A stretch of 64,000 nucleotides of DNA from Polyangiaceae bacterium (GTDB lineage: Bacteria; Myxococcota_A; Polyangia; Polyangiales; Polyangiaceae). Positions within the stretch are counted from its first letter, which is position 1, and the number at the start of each line of letters is the position of its first letter. A program made the translations under genes and the position numbers. Below, one piece after another: positions 29,729 to 39,945 of the stretch. Under the pieces are notes generated by a model. That model had not been told where the DNA came from. It searched no databases and saw only the letters and a list, made by a program, of their open reading frames with translations. The stretch spans positions 1-64,000 of the forward strand of contig JAPSGB010000021.1 of assembly GCA_035063585.1 (NCBI GenBank), given 5' to 3'.

Positions 29729-32700
29729 TCAGGGAGCGGGCGGTGCGACGTCGGAGCCCGACGCCGTGCCGACGAGCACGTGCGGCTTGGAGTGCTTCGC
29801 CTCCACCGCCGAGGCGCTGGTCAAGATGTCGGGCTTCACCGAGACATCATACTCCTTGCCGCTCAGCGAGCCGTGGCAGCCGCCGCAGAAGCCGTCGAAC
29901 ATCTGACGGCGGAACGACAGCGTGACCCACTCGCCCGGGTAGTACTGCACCGCCTCGCGCTGCACGTGCGAGCTGGGAGAGGAGTCTCCGGCGAGGAGCG
30001 CGGACACCCCGACGCTGATGGGCACGCCGCCCGGGATCTGGACGCGAGTCGAGCCGTCTTCGAGGAGCGGCGTGTGCCCGAGCAAGCGCTGCCGGGCGTA
30101 GTACTTTCCGAAGCGGTCGGTCTGGATGAATGGGCTCGAGTCGTCGAGGCTTCGCTCGCTCGTGGGGGGAAGGTTCTCCCAGATCTCGAAGCCGACCATC
30201 TTCTCGACGCGCCTGAACCCACGCGTGTTCTGGAACATCAGGCTCGCGATGAGCGGGAAGTCCATGTAAGTGAGCTGCGCGCGGTCCGTGCGCTTCTCGC
30301 CGTCGTCGGTCGTGTAGATGACGGCGCTGCCCGCCGGATCCTTCGGGCTCGAGTGAAAGACCCCGCGGCTGTAGCGGCCAAAGACCGCGACCGGCCAGAG
30401 CTCGTCGGCGCTTGCATCCGACAAGAGGGGGAGCGGCGTGCGGCGACCGCTCACCGGATCGACGATGACGACGTCGAAGTTGCCGCTGAAGCTCCCGAGG
30501 TCGACCACGTTGGCCGCGTAGCTCACCAGGATCTTTCCGTTCGGAAGGATCGAGATGTCGCGGTACGCGCCCTTGGTGGGCTCGCCGAGCCGCGCCTTCG
30601 AAGCCGGGTCCGGGTAGCTCATCGAGTGCTGAAAGAACGCCGGCGCGGGGAAGGACATCGCGCGCGGATCTGCGGTGTAGTCGTCGGCCGCGTCGCTGCG
30701 AGTGTCCGGTCCGAGCGAGCGGTTCAAGACCGCGAGCTGGCCGGCGCTGTGCACTGCGCCCCGATCGCTCAGGATCGCCGCGAAATTTCGGTCGAGCGTC
30801 TGCACCAAGCTGGTGAGCTGATTCGCGCCGATGGTGCCGCGCTGTCCCCAGAGCGGGTGATAGTCGCCGCCGTCGAGGTTCAAGCGCCGCCCGGCGAGCT
30901 GGTAGAAGCCAGGCGCGCGTTTCTCGGTCGTGAACATGACCTGCCCGGTCACCTCGAAGCTCGGCGTGAGCTCCTGGTCGAGCAAGAAGGTGAGCTGGCG
31001 GATATGGTCACCCTCCAGGATGTAGAGGTTGGCGTTCAGCTTCGAGGGATCCGCCGCGCTGCGCTGGGGCCCGGAGTACTCGAAGACGTCGGTGTTCATG
31101 ATGTTCCCGCGCGTCGACACGAACACCAGCGACCCGTCCGGCGCGTACTGAGGATCGAAGTTGTGGATGAGCTCGCCGTTGGTCGGGAGTCGTTCGCCAT
31201 GGTCGTCGATCGGCGCGGCGTCGATGGTCGGCTCGACCGCGCAGCTCGAGCCGTCGCCGCGCGCGGTGTAGATGCGATAGGGCTCCGAGGCGCTGGTGCG
31301 CGCCGCGAAGGCGAGGCTCGCGCCGTCCCAGGACACCGCAGGACGGCGCACGTCTGCGGTCGCCGCGTCGAGCCCGCAGCCGGTCATGAGGCTCCGGTCG
31401 GTCCCGTCGAGCGTGACGGTGCCGGACGCGTCCATCGAGGCGCCGGCCAGACGGAGCTCCGAGCCGGGGGCGTACGAGGCGAAATCTTGCGGGGCATCAG
31501 GGAGTGGCGCGGGCGAGCGCTTCACGTAAACGATCGCGGAGAGCGGTGCGGCGGCCTGCATCCGCGCCGCGCGCTCGCGAGTTATCCACGCGACCAGCAC
31601 GCAGTACGGATCCTGCTCGTCGAGCGGCCCCGTCTCGGCGGCGGTGAGATCGCACGCGCTCGGGTCGCCCGAGCCCGCGAACAGCGCGCCGCCGCGGTGG
31701 CGGATACCAGGGCCTCGCGGGCCGGGCTCGAGGTTCTTCGCGAGGATGCGACTGACGTTCGGGTCCGGCGACTCCATCGCGACCTGTTCGAGCGCCAGCC
31801 GGTAGTTGTTGCGGGTCGCCGGCAACGCAAAGTGCCCGGCGCTGCCTGCGCGAAGCGCCAGATCGTTGAAGGCGGCCGGCGAGTGGCAGCCGAGGAGCAT
31901 GCAGCCCTTCTTGACCAGCATCGGCTGCACGCGCTTGGCGAAGAGCTCGAACCCCACGTCGGTCGGGATCCGCGAGGGGCCGCCCTTCGCCTCGGCCCAT
32001 GCGAGGGTGTCCTTGTACTTCGGGTCGCTTGGCGACGAGAAGAACCAGCCACCCTCGTGAAACACGCCTCCTTGCGCCGGGTCGAGCACGCGTCGCAGGA
32101 GCTCGCTGGTCGGGGCGTCGGCCGCGACGTAGTCGCCGGCCGCGAAGTAGTTCCACCGGATCTGCTCGGGGGTCTTCCCGCACGTGAGGTAGAGCGAGTT
32201 CTTGGCCGCGCCATGGCAGTTGCCTGCGGAGCAGTCGCTGACGAGGATGTCGTTCACCGAGCTCTTGAAGAGCGCGAAGTCGGCGTCGGTCGGATCCACC
32301 GACGGGTCGAAGTCCGGATCCGAACCGACTCGATCCGAGCAGGGATCGAGGGAGAACTTGGCGGGCGCCGCGAGCTCGTTGTTCTCGAGCGCGCCGCGCT
32401 CGAGCCAGCGCTGCACGATCGCGAAGGAGGCCGAGCCCGGATCGATGACCGCGCCGCCGGCGTGTGGGATGTCGGTCGTGAGCATCTCGACCTCGCCATC
32501 CCACGCCTCGAGCCGGACCTGAAACGCGGGGACCGCCTTGGCGAGCAGCGTCGCCAACCCGTACGGTCCGTAGACGGTCAGATCGTCACGGCGCCGGTCC
32601 AGCATCGCGAAGCTGGTGACGTCCAGGTTGCCGAGCGCGTTGCCCTGGTCGTCGGCGGTGACGTGACAACCAGAGCCGGTCGGGCTGGTCGCGCACGAGG

Positions 32701-32833
32701 CCAAGAGGACCGGTCCCACCTTCCGCTCGAAATAGGTGCCGCCCGGCTCCACTTCGCGCCGCTCGCAGCCCGCTCCGCCGAACGACGCGACGAAGGCCCC
32801 GACCCCCAACACCCAACGCTTTGCACGCTGCAT
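29729..32833 (-). CDS. Hydrazine synthase alpha (HzsA)-like lipoprotein: cytochrome c domains plus TolB-like beta-propeller
   Basis: PAVSWDG, DPQYAPDGSLVFVSTR, IRQLTF, LNLDGGDYH and EDGSTRVQIPGGVPI; heme-type motifs CSAGNCH, CMLLGCH and CGGCH. Confidence 0.7.
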   Translation of the reverse strand: MQRAKRWVLGVGAFVASFGGAGCERREVEPGGTYFERKVGPVLLASCATSPTGSGCHVTADDQGNALGNLDVTSFAMLDRRRDDLTVYGPYGLATLLAKAVPAFQVRLEAWDGEVEMLTTDIPHAGGAVIDPGSASFAIVQRWLERGALENNELAAPAKFSLDPCSDRVGSDPDFDPSVDPTDADFALFKSSVNDILVSDCSAGNCHGAAKNSLYLTCGKTPEQIRWNYFAAGDYVAADAPTSELLRRVLDPAQGGVFHEGGWFFSSPSDPKYKDTLAWAEAKGGPSRIPTDVGFELFAKRVQPMLVKKGCMLLGCHSPAAFNDLALRAGSAGHFALPATRNNYRLALEQVAMESPDPNVSRILAKNLEPGPRGPGIRHRGGALFAGSGDPSACDLTAAETGPLDEQDPYCVLVAWITRERAARMQAAAPLSAIVYVKRSPAPLPDAPQDFASYAPGSELRLAGASMDASGTVTLDGTDRSLMTGCGLDAATADVRRPAVSWDGASLAFAARTSASEPYRIYTARGDGSSCAVEPTIDAAPIDDHGERLPTNGELIHNFDPQYAPDGSLVFVSTRGNIMNTDVFEYSGPQRSAADPSKLNANLYILEGDHIRQLTFLLDQELTPSFEVTGQVMFTTEKRAPGFYQLAGRRLNLDGGDYHPLWGQRGTIGANQLTSLVQTLDRNFAAILSDRGAVHSAGQLAVLNRSLGPDTRSDAADDYTADPRAMSFPAPAFFQHSMSYPDPASKARLGEPTKGAYRDISILPNGKILVSYAANVVDLGSFSGNFDVVIVDPVSGRRTPLPLLSDASADELWPVAVFGRYSRGVFHSSPKDPAGSAVIYTTDDGEKRTDRAQLTYMDFPLIASLMFQNTRGFRRVEKMVGFEIWENLPPTSERSLDDSSPFIQTDRFGKYYARQRLLGHTPLLEDGSTRVQIPGGVPISVGVSALLAGDSSPSSHVQREAVQYYPGEWVTLSFRRQMFDGFCGGCHGSLSGKEYDVSVKPDILTSASAVEAKHSKPHVLVGTASGSDVAPPAP

Positions 32834-33037
32834 CGCACCTCTCCCAAGCGCCACGCCATCATCTCTCTCAGCGACTCTCCGGTGGCGTCTCCTGACAATT
32901 ACCATGACGGATGCCAGTCGTCTCGCGGGTGGGATATTCACCGCAAATGTAAGTCGACTTCGCGCGCCACGACCCGCGCGCCGCGTCTTGGTTCTCGAGG
33001 CGGTGCGGCTCGCCCCGGTCCTGCGACGAACGGGAGA

Positions 33038-33067
33038 TTGACTGGCAAATCAGGATTCCGTTAAGCT
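33038..33067 (+). promoter_or_regulatory. Sigma-70-type promoter giving a probably leaderless mRNA
   Basis: TTGACT-N18-TAAGCT ends 6 nt before ATG 33074; no SD. Confidence 0.6.
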
Positions 33068-33073
33068 GAGTGC

Positions 33074-33892
33074 ATGAGGCGGCTCGGGGTTGGTGGGGTG
33101 GCGCTCGCGCTGGGGCTCGTAGCGGTGGTTGCTTGCTCGGAAGACGAGACGAAGCCGTCGAGCAGGGACAGCGGGACGACCGGCGACGGCGCGGCCGGCG
33201 GCGCGGGATTGCCCGGAACGGGCGGCACCGCCGGCGCCGACGCGAGCGCGGGCTCGAGCGGTACGGACGCGAGCGCAGGCTCGGGCGGTACGGACGCGAG
33301 CGCAGGCTCGGGCGGTACGGACGCGAGCGCAGGCTCGGGCGGTACGGCCGGGGCGGGCGGCGCCGACGCGGGCCTCGTGTGCAGGTCCATGCGCGAACGC
33401 GGGATGACCGACGGCGGAGTCGAAGCAGCCGCGGGCGCGAGCGGCGCGGCGGGCGGCGGAGGCGCCGGCGGCGCCACCTACCAGTGGCATGACTGGGCGA
33501 ACAACCAGTGCCGCGACTGCCAAGAGATCTTACTCGATTGCTCCAACTTCGAGGGGGGAAGCTACTTCGATCCCGTCACGCAAATAGTGACGCTGGAACT
33601 CCAGCCAGGTCTGGCCGAGATCGTCAGCGCACAAGTCACCTACCTTCGATTTACCTATGACGACGGAGACGGCGGAATCTTGAGTGATACGCTCAACGGG
33701 ACGAGCGACATGAAGGTCGAGAAGAACTTGCTCACGCTCGACCTCTCAGGCCAGCTACCGGCGCAAGTGATACAGATCGACGGTATCGCGGTCAGCCTGA
33801 TCGAAGCGTGCAGCCCCGAGAGCCTTTATGTGCCTCTGATGGCTGAAGCAGCCGACGGAGGCGCGCGGCTCCCGATCTACTGCGAGTACTAA
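33074..33892 (+). CDS. Lipoprotein with Gly/Ala repeat linker and unknown C-terminal domain
   Basis: Lipobox VVAC; DASAGSGGT repeats; Cys-containing C-terminal domain. Confidence 0.7.
   Translation: MRRLGVGGVALALGLVAVVACSEDETKPSSRDSGTTGDGAAGGAGLPGTGGTAGADASAGSSGTDASAGSGGTDASAGSGGTDASAGSGGTAGAGGADAGLVCRSMRERGMTDGGVEAAAGASGAAGGGGAGGATYQWHDWANNQCRDCQEILLDCSNFEGGSYFDPVTQIVTLELQPGLAEIVSAQVTYLRFTYDDGDGGILSDTLNGTSDMKVEKNLLTLDLSGQLPAQVIQIDGIAVSLIEACSPESLYVPLMAEAADGGARLPIYCEY
33239..33346. repeat. 27-bp tandem repeat, 4 copies (DASAGSGGT)
   Basis: GACGCGAGCGCAGGCTCGGGCGGTACG at 33266, 33293 and 33320, with a variant at 33239. Confidence 0.9.
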
Positions 33893-35172
33893 GGCTGCCG
33901 GGGGAGCGCCACGAAGTCCTCGAACTTCCCGCCGGGCGAGCGTGGGAGCTCCGTGCGGTATTCGAAGGTGAGCTCGAACGGATAGCCCAAGAGCTCGAGC
34001 ACGAGCGCTCGCACCCGCGCCTCGAGCTCCGGGGTGAGCCGCTCCGAGACGAGCTCGAGCGTCATCGCCTCGGGGCCGCGTTGGACCATGCGAAACTGGC
34101 GGATCGGCGCGAGCTTGCCGAGTAGGTTCGAGCCGAAGCGCGGCCACGAGCGTTCGCCGTTCGGCAACGTGAGCATGTTGCGCGAGCGGCCGACGATGCG
34201 CTCGATGACGGGTAGACCGAGCCCGGTCGGGCAGGGACCGCCGACCGTGGCGAAGTCGCCGAGCTCGTACCGGAGGAGCGGCATCGGGAAGGAGTGGAGC
34301 GGCGTGACGAGCACGCGCCCCGTCTCGCCCGTCTCGCACGCGGTTCCGTCGTCACGCACCACCTCGACCAGCACGTTCTCGGCTTGCACGTGATAGTGCG
34401 CGTGCTCCGGGCACTCGAGCGCGATGAAGCCGACCTCGGCCGACGAGTAGGCGTCCACCACGGGCACACTCCAGACGCGGCGCGCCGTCTCGCGGAGCTC
34501 GAGAGGAAGGGTCTCGCCGAAGGTGCCGAGCTCGCGGAGTGAGGGAAGCGCCACACCCTGCTCGGCGGCCTCTTCGACCAGCGCGGCGGCGTTCGAGGCG
34601 TAGGTCACGAGGTACGCCGGCGCCTCCCGCTCGAGCCAGGCGAGCTGCTCGCGGACGGTGGCGTTCATTCCGAGCGACACCAGCGGGCCGCCCTGTGGAT
34701 GGAGCGACCACTTGGCGTCGGCACGAAGGTCGGGGCTCGCGCGGATCGACGCCGCCTTCGCGCGCAAGTCGCGGCGGTGCCAGCCGTGATCACGCATCGA
34801 GAGCGCGCCCAGGATGGCGTCGGCGACCGCGCCGACGGGGACCGTGACCGGCGTCCCGGTGGACCCGGAGCTGTGCGCTTCGCGCACCGCGCGATGTTCG
34901 GGCGGCACGGCGCGGCTCGCCAGCGCGCTCGCGCGCGCCTGCACCGTGGCGCGGGAGAGCGGAGGTAGGTCCTCGAAGCGTGCCGGCGCGTCCGCGTAGA
35001 ATCCGGTGGTGCGCCGGGCGTGCTCGAGGAGCTCGTCGGCGCGCGCCCGCTGCGCGTGCTCGAGCTCACGCGTGGGGAGCCGCTCGAGCGCGGCGAGCGC
35101 ACGCAGCATCGGGCCGAGCGACGCCGCGCGCGGGAGGAGTGCGAGCGCATAGAGGTGTTCGAGCGGGGTCAT
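33889..35172 (-). CDS. Phenylacetate--CoA ligase family (PaaK/CapK-like) adenylating enzyme
   Basis: SSGSTGTP, DAYSSAEVG, MPLLRYELGD, VGRS and SPGGKF. Confidence 0.85.
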   Translation of the reverse strand: MTPLEHLYALALLPRAASLGPMLRALAALERLPTRELEHAQRARADELLEHARRTTGFYADAPARFEDLPPLSRATVQARASALASRAVPPEHRAVREAHSSGSTGTPVTVPVGAVADAILGALSMRDHGWHRRDLRAKAASIRASPDLRADAKWSLHPQGGPLVSLGMNATVREQLAWLEREAPAYLVTYASNAAALVEEAAEQGVALPSLRELGTFGETLPLELRETARRVWSVPVVDAYSSAEVGFIALECPEHAHYHVQAENVLVEVVRDDGTACETGETGRVLVTPLHSFPMPLLRYELGDFATVGGPCPTGLGLPVIERIVGRSRNMLTLPNGERSWPRFGSNLLGKLAPIRQFRMVQRGPEAMTLELVSERLTPELEARVRALVLELLGYPFELTFEYRTELPRSPGGKFEDFVALPRQP

Positions 35173-35188
35173 GACGAGAGTGGGGCGC

Positions 35189-36430
35189 TCATGCGCCGGC
35201 CCACCGAGCGCTCTTGCGGATCCGTGCGCTCGCGAGCGTGAACACCGCGACTCCGGCGACCGTCATGACCGCCTCGACGAGGAGCATGGCGCGGGCCGAG
35301 CAGCGACCGGCGACCAGGCCGAGCAGCAGCCCGAGCCACCAGATGGGAAAGTTCGAGAGCGATGCGTACACGTTATACTTGGTGGCGCCGGAACCCGAGC
35401 CCATCGCGTCGAGCACGACCGCCGTGAACGCCGCGAAGGCTAGCCCCACGCCGAACGAGTAGATCAGGTTCCACACCACGTACATCCCGACGCTCGCCGG
35501 GCCGAGCGCGAGGACGGTCGCGACCGCGCCGAGCCCGACCCCGATGCCGAGGTAGGCGCTGCGCGGATGGACGCGCTGGCACACCCAGCCGCCGGCGAAG
35601 CACCCGAGCGCGGTCACGATCCCGGAGAGGAAGCCCTGCACGAGCCCGACCTCGCTCGCCCCGGCGCCCCAGTGGGCCGCCACCTCGCCTTGCGTGAGCA
35701 CGCCTTGCGCGGCGCCGGTGCCGACCGGCATGAGGCAGAGCACCGCCGCGAGCACGCCGCCGCGCGTCTTCATCATCTCGCGCAGATCGCTCACGACCCC
35801 GCGCACCGCGCTCCACGCGCCGGCGCCCCGGTGCCGGAGCTCGATGGTCGGGGTGAAGACCAGCGCCAGGCAACACGCGAGGAAGAGCGCCGCCATGATG
35901 GCCCCGGTCATCCAGGGCGCGGGCAGCGTCTTCAAGAGCAGGAGGCCGAGCCCCCCGCCGACGCCCGCGCCGCCCAGGTTGCCCGCTTGAAACCACGCGC
36001 TCACCCGCCCGACCTCGTCCGGCGAGGTGGTGCTGGCGAGGATCGCCTCGACCGACATCCCGACCGCGGTGTTGATGAGGCTCGCGGCCGCGATGATGGC
36101 GAGCAGGACGCCGAGCGTGCTCGGACCGAGCGGGACCACGGACATGGCGAACACCCCCGCCGCAGAGAGGCTGGTCGAGAGGACGTACCACTTGCGCGGC
36201 GTGAGCGTGACGTCGACCGCCGGCGCCCAGAGCCACTTGAGCCACTGAGTCAGCATCTGCGCGCCGTTCAAGAGCGCGCCCTCGGCGATCGAGAGGCCGT
36301 GCTGCGTGGCGAGGAAGGTGAGCGCCACCGTCACGAAACCCGAGAGCGCCCCGAACGGCAGATAGAGGATCGTCCAGACGACGGGGTGAGGGGCTGGGCG
36401 ATGGGTCAAGCTGGGCGTAGCGCTTATCAT
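35189..36430 (-). CDS. MFS transporter (AmpG-like)
   Basis: About 12 hydrophobic helices; LYLPFG, LKWLWAPAVD and ATKYNVYASLSN. Confidence 0.8.
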   Translation of the reverse strand: MISATPSLTHRPAPHPVVWTILYLPFGALSGFVTVALTFLATQHGLSIAEGALLNGAQMLTQWLKWLWAPAVDVTLTPRKWYVLSTSLSAAGVFAMSVVPLGPSTLGVLLAIIAAASLINTAVGMSVEAILASTTSPDEVGRVSAWFQAGNLGGAGVGGGLGLLLLKTLPAPWMTGAIMAALFLACCLALVFTPTIELRHRGAGAWSAVRGVVSDLREMMKTRGGVLAAVLCLMPVGTGAAQGVLTQGEVAAHWGAGASEVGLVQGFLSGIVTALGCFAGGWVCQRVHPRSAYLGIGVGLGAVATVLALGPASVGMYVVWNLIYSFGVGLAFAAFTAVVLDAMGSGSGATKYNVYASLSNFPIWWLGLLLGLVAGRCSARAMLLVEAVMTVAGVAVFTLASARIRKSARWAGA

Positions 36431-36576
36431 GGCCCCGCGCGCGCCGGGAGCCGCCGCCCGGGGGCCTGCGCGCCCGCGCCGTGCGGCTCCCCGAGCCGTT
36501 TCCGCGCCGCTCCGACAAACCCGAACTCGGAGCGCCCGTGGTGATACTCTGGCGCGCTAGAAAGAGGAGACGCCCC

Positions 36577-37905
36577 GTGAGCGATGCCAAGAGTCCGAGC
36601 GAGCCGGTCTACGTCATCGAGGCGATCCCGGTCGCGGGGGACAACACCGTGAGCGCGGTAGACGTCGCGCGCGAGGGGATCCCGACGCCGCGGCACCTCC
36701 GCGTGTACCCCGAGCTGGGTCGCGGCGGCATGGGCCGCGTGCACCCGGCGACCGATCGCAACCTCATCCGCCACGTCGCGCTGAAGCGCCTCGACAAGCA
36801 GCTCGCGACGGTGCCGATGTATCGCGACGGCTTCATCGCGGAGGCGCAGATTACCGGGCAGCTCGAGCACCCGAACATCGTGCCGGTGCACGAGCTCGCC
36901 ATCGCGCCGAACGGGGTCCCGTATTTCACCATGAAGCTCGTGCAGGGCGTGGGCTTCGATCACTGGCTCCGCGATCCGTTCCGTCCTCCGGGCTCGACCG
37001 AGCGCCTGCACGAGGGGCTCGAGATCTTCCTCAAGATCTGCGACGCGGTCGCGTACGCGCACCACCGCGGGGTGATTCATCGCGACCTCAAGCCGGAGAA
37101 CGTGATGATCGCTGAGTTCGGGCAGGTGTACCTGATGGATTGGGGGCTCTCGAAGCTCACCCGCACGCGGCCCGCATCGGGAAAGGCGTCGCAGATGGAA
37201 GCGCCGGGCCCGGTCGGGACCCCGACTCACATGGCGCCGGAGCAAGCACGCGGAAACCCCGCTGACATGACCGAGCGGAGCGATATTTTCGGGCTCGGCG
37301 CGCTCCTCTACGAGCTCGTGAGCGGCAAGACTCCGTACGGTGAGTCGCGGAGCGCGGCGGAGGTGCTGAAGCGCGCCGAGAAGGGGCAGGTGATCCCCAT
37401 CGACACCGTGACGGCAGGCATCGGCGTGAGCAAACGACTCCGCACGATCGTCGACAAGGCCGTCGCGCCGAAGCCGGAGGATCGCTACCAGAGCGTCGTC
37501 GAGCTAAAGGAGGACGTGCGGCGGTTCCTCCGCGGCGGGCTCTACTTGCCGACGGAGGTGTTCGCGCCGGGCACGCTCATCGTTCGCGAAGGGGACGTGG
37601 GCGACGCAGCGTACATGATCACTCACGGGACGTGCCGAGCGTTCCGCACGGTGGACGGAGAGGAAGAGACGCTCGGCACCATGGGCACGGGCGACATCTT
37701 CGGCGAGATGGCGCTCCTGCTCGACGAGCCGCGCGCCGCGAGCGTGATCGCGGTGGACCAGGTGACCGCGCTCGTGCTCGACAAGCGCACCATGGCCGAA
37801 GGGCTCGGAGCCGAGGGCTGGACGTCGACCTTGGTGCGCGCGCTGGCGCAGCGCTTCCGCGCGCTCGAGCAGCAGGTGCGCGAGAGCGGGCTCCGACGCG
37901 GTTAG
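36577..37905 (+). CDS. Hanks-type Ser/Thr kinase with C-terminal cyclic-nucleotide-binding domain
   Basis: LGRGGMG, VALK, HRDLKPEN, DWG, GTPTHMAPE and SDIFGLG; CNB motif IVREGD...FGEMALL...PRAASV; AGGAG SD before GTG. Confidence 0.9.
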   Translation: MSDAKSPSEPVYVIEAIPVAGDNTVSAVDVAREGIPTPRHLRVYPELGRGGMGRVHPATDRNLIRHVALKRLDKQLATVPMYRDGFIAEAQITGQLEHPNIVPVHELAIAPNGVPYFTMKLVQGVGFDHWLRDPFRPPGSTERLHEGLEIFLKICDAVAYAHHRGVIHRDLKPENVMIAEFGQVYLMDWGLSKLTRTRPASGKASQMEAPGPVGTPTHMAPEQARGNPADMTERSDIFGLGALLYELVSGKTPYGESRSAAEVLKRAEKGQVIPIDTVTAGIGVSKRLRTIVDKAVAPKPEDRYQSVVELKEDVRRFLRGGLYLPTEVFAPGTLIVREGDVGDAAYMITHGTCRAFRTVDGEEETLGTMGTGDIFGEMALLLDEPRAASVIAVDQVTALVLDKRTMAEGLGAEGWTSTLVRALAQRFRALEQQVRESGLRRG

Positions 37906-38057
37906 CGTGCCGTCACTCGCAGCTCGGGAGCAACTGCTGGCTCCCCCGCGCGCAGTGACGAGGCGCCGTCGGTCTGGCGACTCCCGATGACGCGCCGAGC
38001 GGCTGACCGTCGTATGACGACCTGCCCCGACCCGCTCATGCGTCGCTCACGACCCGC

Positions 38058-39686
38058 TCACGGCGCGGGGACACCGTGCCAGAGCGTCGAGGTGTCGTCG
38101 AGCGGCTCTTCCGCCGCGAGCACCCCGGTCGGGGCTGCCCACGCCGGTCCGAGCGCGTGCAGCGCGCCTGCCTCGAACTCGGCCCGAACCGCTCCGGTCG
38201 CCACGTCGTAGATACGCAGCGTACTGCGGCCGTCCGACCCATCGACCTGCGCCGCGAACGACCGCTCGTCGATCGCGAACAGCTTCGCGCTCCCGCGCTC
38301 ATCGCCCGCGAGGATCGTGGAAGAGCCGTCGGGCGCGACCTTGACGATGGCGCCGACGAGCCCGAGCTCGTCGCTGCTGGCCACGGCCGCGGGGGGCGAT
38401 GAAGGGTAGCGCACCACGGCGAGCACCGCGGAGCCGTCACCCGGAAAGATCGACTCGTTCACGGAGGTACAGGCCGCGACCCGCGAGCTCTCCGCGCCGT
38501 CGTCGTCTCGGAGCACGAGGTCGCCGTACTCGGCTCCACCCCATGTGCCCGCGCCGTCCGAGACCTTCACCTCGTGGGCGGGCTCGAGCACGGCCGAGCG
38601 CCGCCCCGACGGCCAGGCGACGACCGACGACGACGGGGTCGCGGTGGTGAGCCACGTCGACTCGGACGCCTGCCCCGCGTGACCGAGCGTGACGCGCGTC
38701 CCGGCCCGGTCGCTGCGCGACAGCACGAGCGTCCCGTTCTCCTGGAGGCGTACCAGGCTCGCGTCGTCTCGCGCGACGTACGCGCCCGTCTTGGTGTCGA
38801 TGCTATTGCCGCGCGCGTCCACGAGGCTGTTCGCGCGCTGTTCGTCAAACGCGAATGCGTACGCGAGCGGGGCATGTCCGGCGCCGCCGTGGTCGAGCAC
38901 CTCCCCGGTGTGGGCGTCGAGGATGTCGAAGCCGTCCCCTTCGGGACACGCCGTGTCGCCGCACGCCGTCCACGTTACGGCCGCGTAGAGCGCGACGCTG
39001 CCATCGCGGCTCATGGCCAGGTCGTCGTCGCGCCACGGGCCCGTGCTCTTCCACCCCGGGTTCGAGCGAAACTCGACCGCCGCGGGCACGGCGGCCTCGC
39101 GGACCAGATCGACGAAGGTGAGCGCGCCGCCCTGGTCGTCGAGCATCATGACGATATCGCCGTAGCTCGCGTGCTCGCGGTAAAGTAGCCCGCTCGTGCC
39201 GGGGATCGGCGCGCCGACGTGACCGTCCTCGACGAGGCGGACGCCGTCGTCCACCACGAAGACGAGAGGGGTATTCGTCGCCGGATCGAGCCCGAAGCGC
39301 GCCTGCTCGGGCACCGCCAGCTCGGTCCCGAGCGTCAGGTCGCGGAGCCAGCGCTCCTCGCCGCGGCGAAATGCGGCGTAGGTGCCGGTCGCGTCGAAGC
39401 CGCCGAACGCGCCTTGGGACGCGAGCTCGACGCTCTCGCCCGCGGCGGTGCGGAGCCAGACGGAGCCATCCGGCTTCTCATACGCGAGATCGCCGCAAGG
39501 CCCGAGCTGCGCGCTCCCTCGGCGCACGTCATCGATGGCGACGAGCGGCGCGCTCGGCGTGCGCGCGCACGCGGGGGCCGTCGTCGGCGTCACGACACCG
39601 TCGTCCGTCGCGTCAGTGAGCGCGCCGCCGCACGCGGAGACCAACAGGGGGAGGAGCAGCGAGAGACGCAGCCGCATGGGGGCCAT
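38058..39686 (-). CDS. Hypothetical lipoprotein, probably beta-propeller
   Basis: Lipobox LVSAC; repeated short strands with SxDG turns (MSRDGS, FPGDGS, APDGS, YDVATG). Confidence 0.6.
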   Translation of the reverse strand: MAPMRLRLSLLLPLLVSACGGALTDATDDGVVTPTTAPACARTPSAPLVAIDDVRRGSAQLGPCGDLAYEKPDGSVWLRTAAGESVELASQGAFGGFDATGTYAAFRRGEERWLRDLTLGTELAVPEQARFGLDPATNTPLVFVVDDGVRLVEDGHVGAPIPGTSGLLYREHASYGDIVMMLDDQGGALTFVDLVREAAVPAAVEFRSNPGWKSTGPWRDDDLAMSRDGSVALYAAVTWTACGDTACPEGDGFDILDAHTGEVLDHGGAGHAPLAYAFAFDEQRANSLVDARGNSIDTKTGAYVARDDASLVRLQENGTLVLSRSDRAGTRVTLGHAGQASESTWLTTATPSSSVVAWPSGRRSAVLEPAHEVKVSDGAGTWGGAEYGDLVLRDDDGAESSRVAACTSVNESIFPGDGSAVLAVVRYPSSPPAAVASSDELGLVGAIVKVAPDGSSTILAGDERGSAKLFAIDERSFAAQVDGSDGRSTLRIYDVATGAVRAEFEAGALHALGPAWAAPTGVLAAEEPLDDTSTLWHGVPAP

Positions 39687-39945
39687 CGACGCAATAATCG
39701 CGCCATCGCATCCGGCCGATATCATCGTGCGCGGCGAACGCCGACTTGTGCCAGCGCGTGGCACATAGCTGTCCGCTGCGTCACGAGGACGCCCAGCGCC
39801 AGCCCCCACCACGATGGGCTCCTCGAGGGCGAGCTCGGGCGGGGTGTCGTCCCCGAGGCCCGGAGTCGCGGCTTGGGCCGTGCGCCTGCGAGAGCTTCTC
39901 GACGCGCGCGGCGGTGCGTGAGGTGAACTCCGCTACACTTCGCGG

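Noticed and set aside
29729..32833. Anammox hydrazine synthesis capability
   Set aside because: No hzsB/hzsC or Hao/Hdh genes are nearby, and the gene context is myxobacterial.
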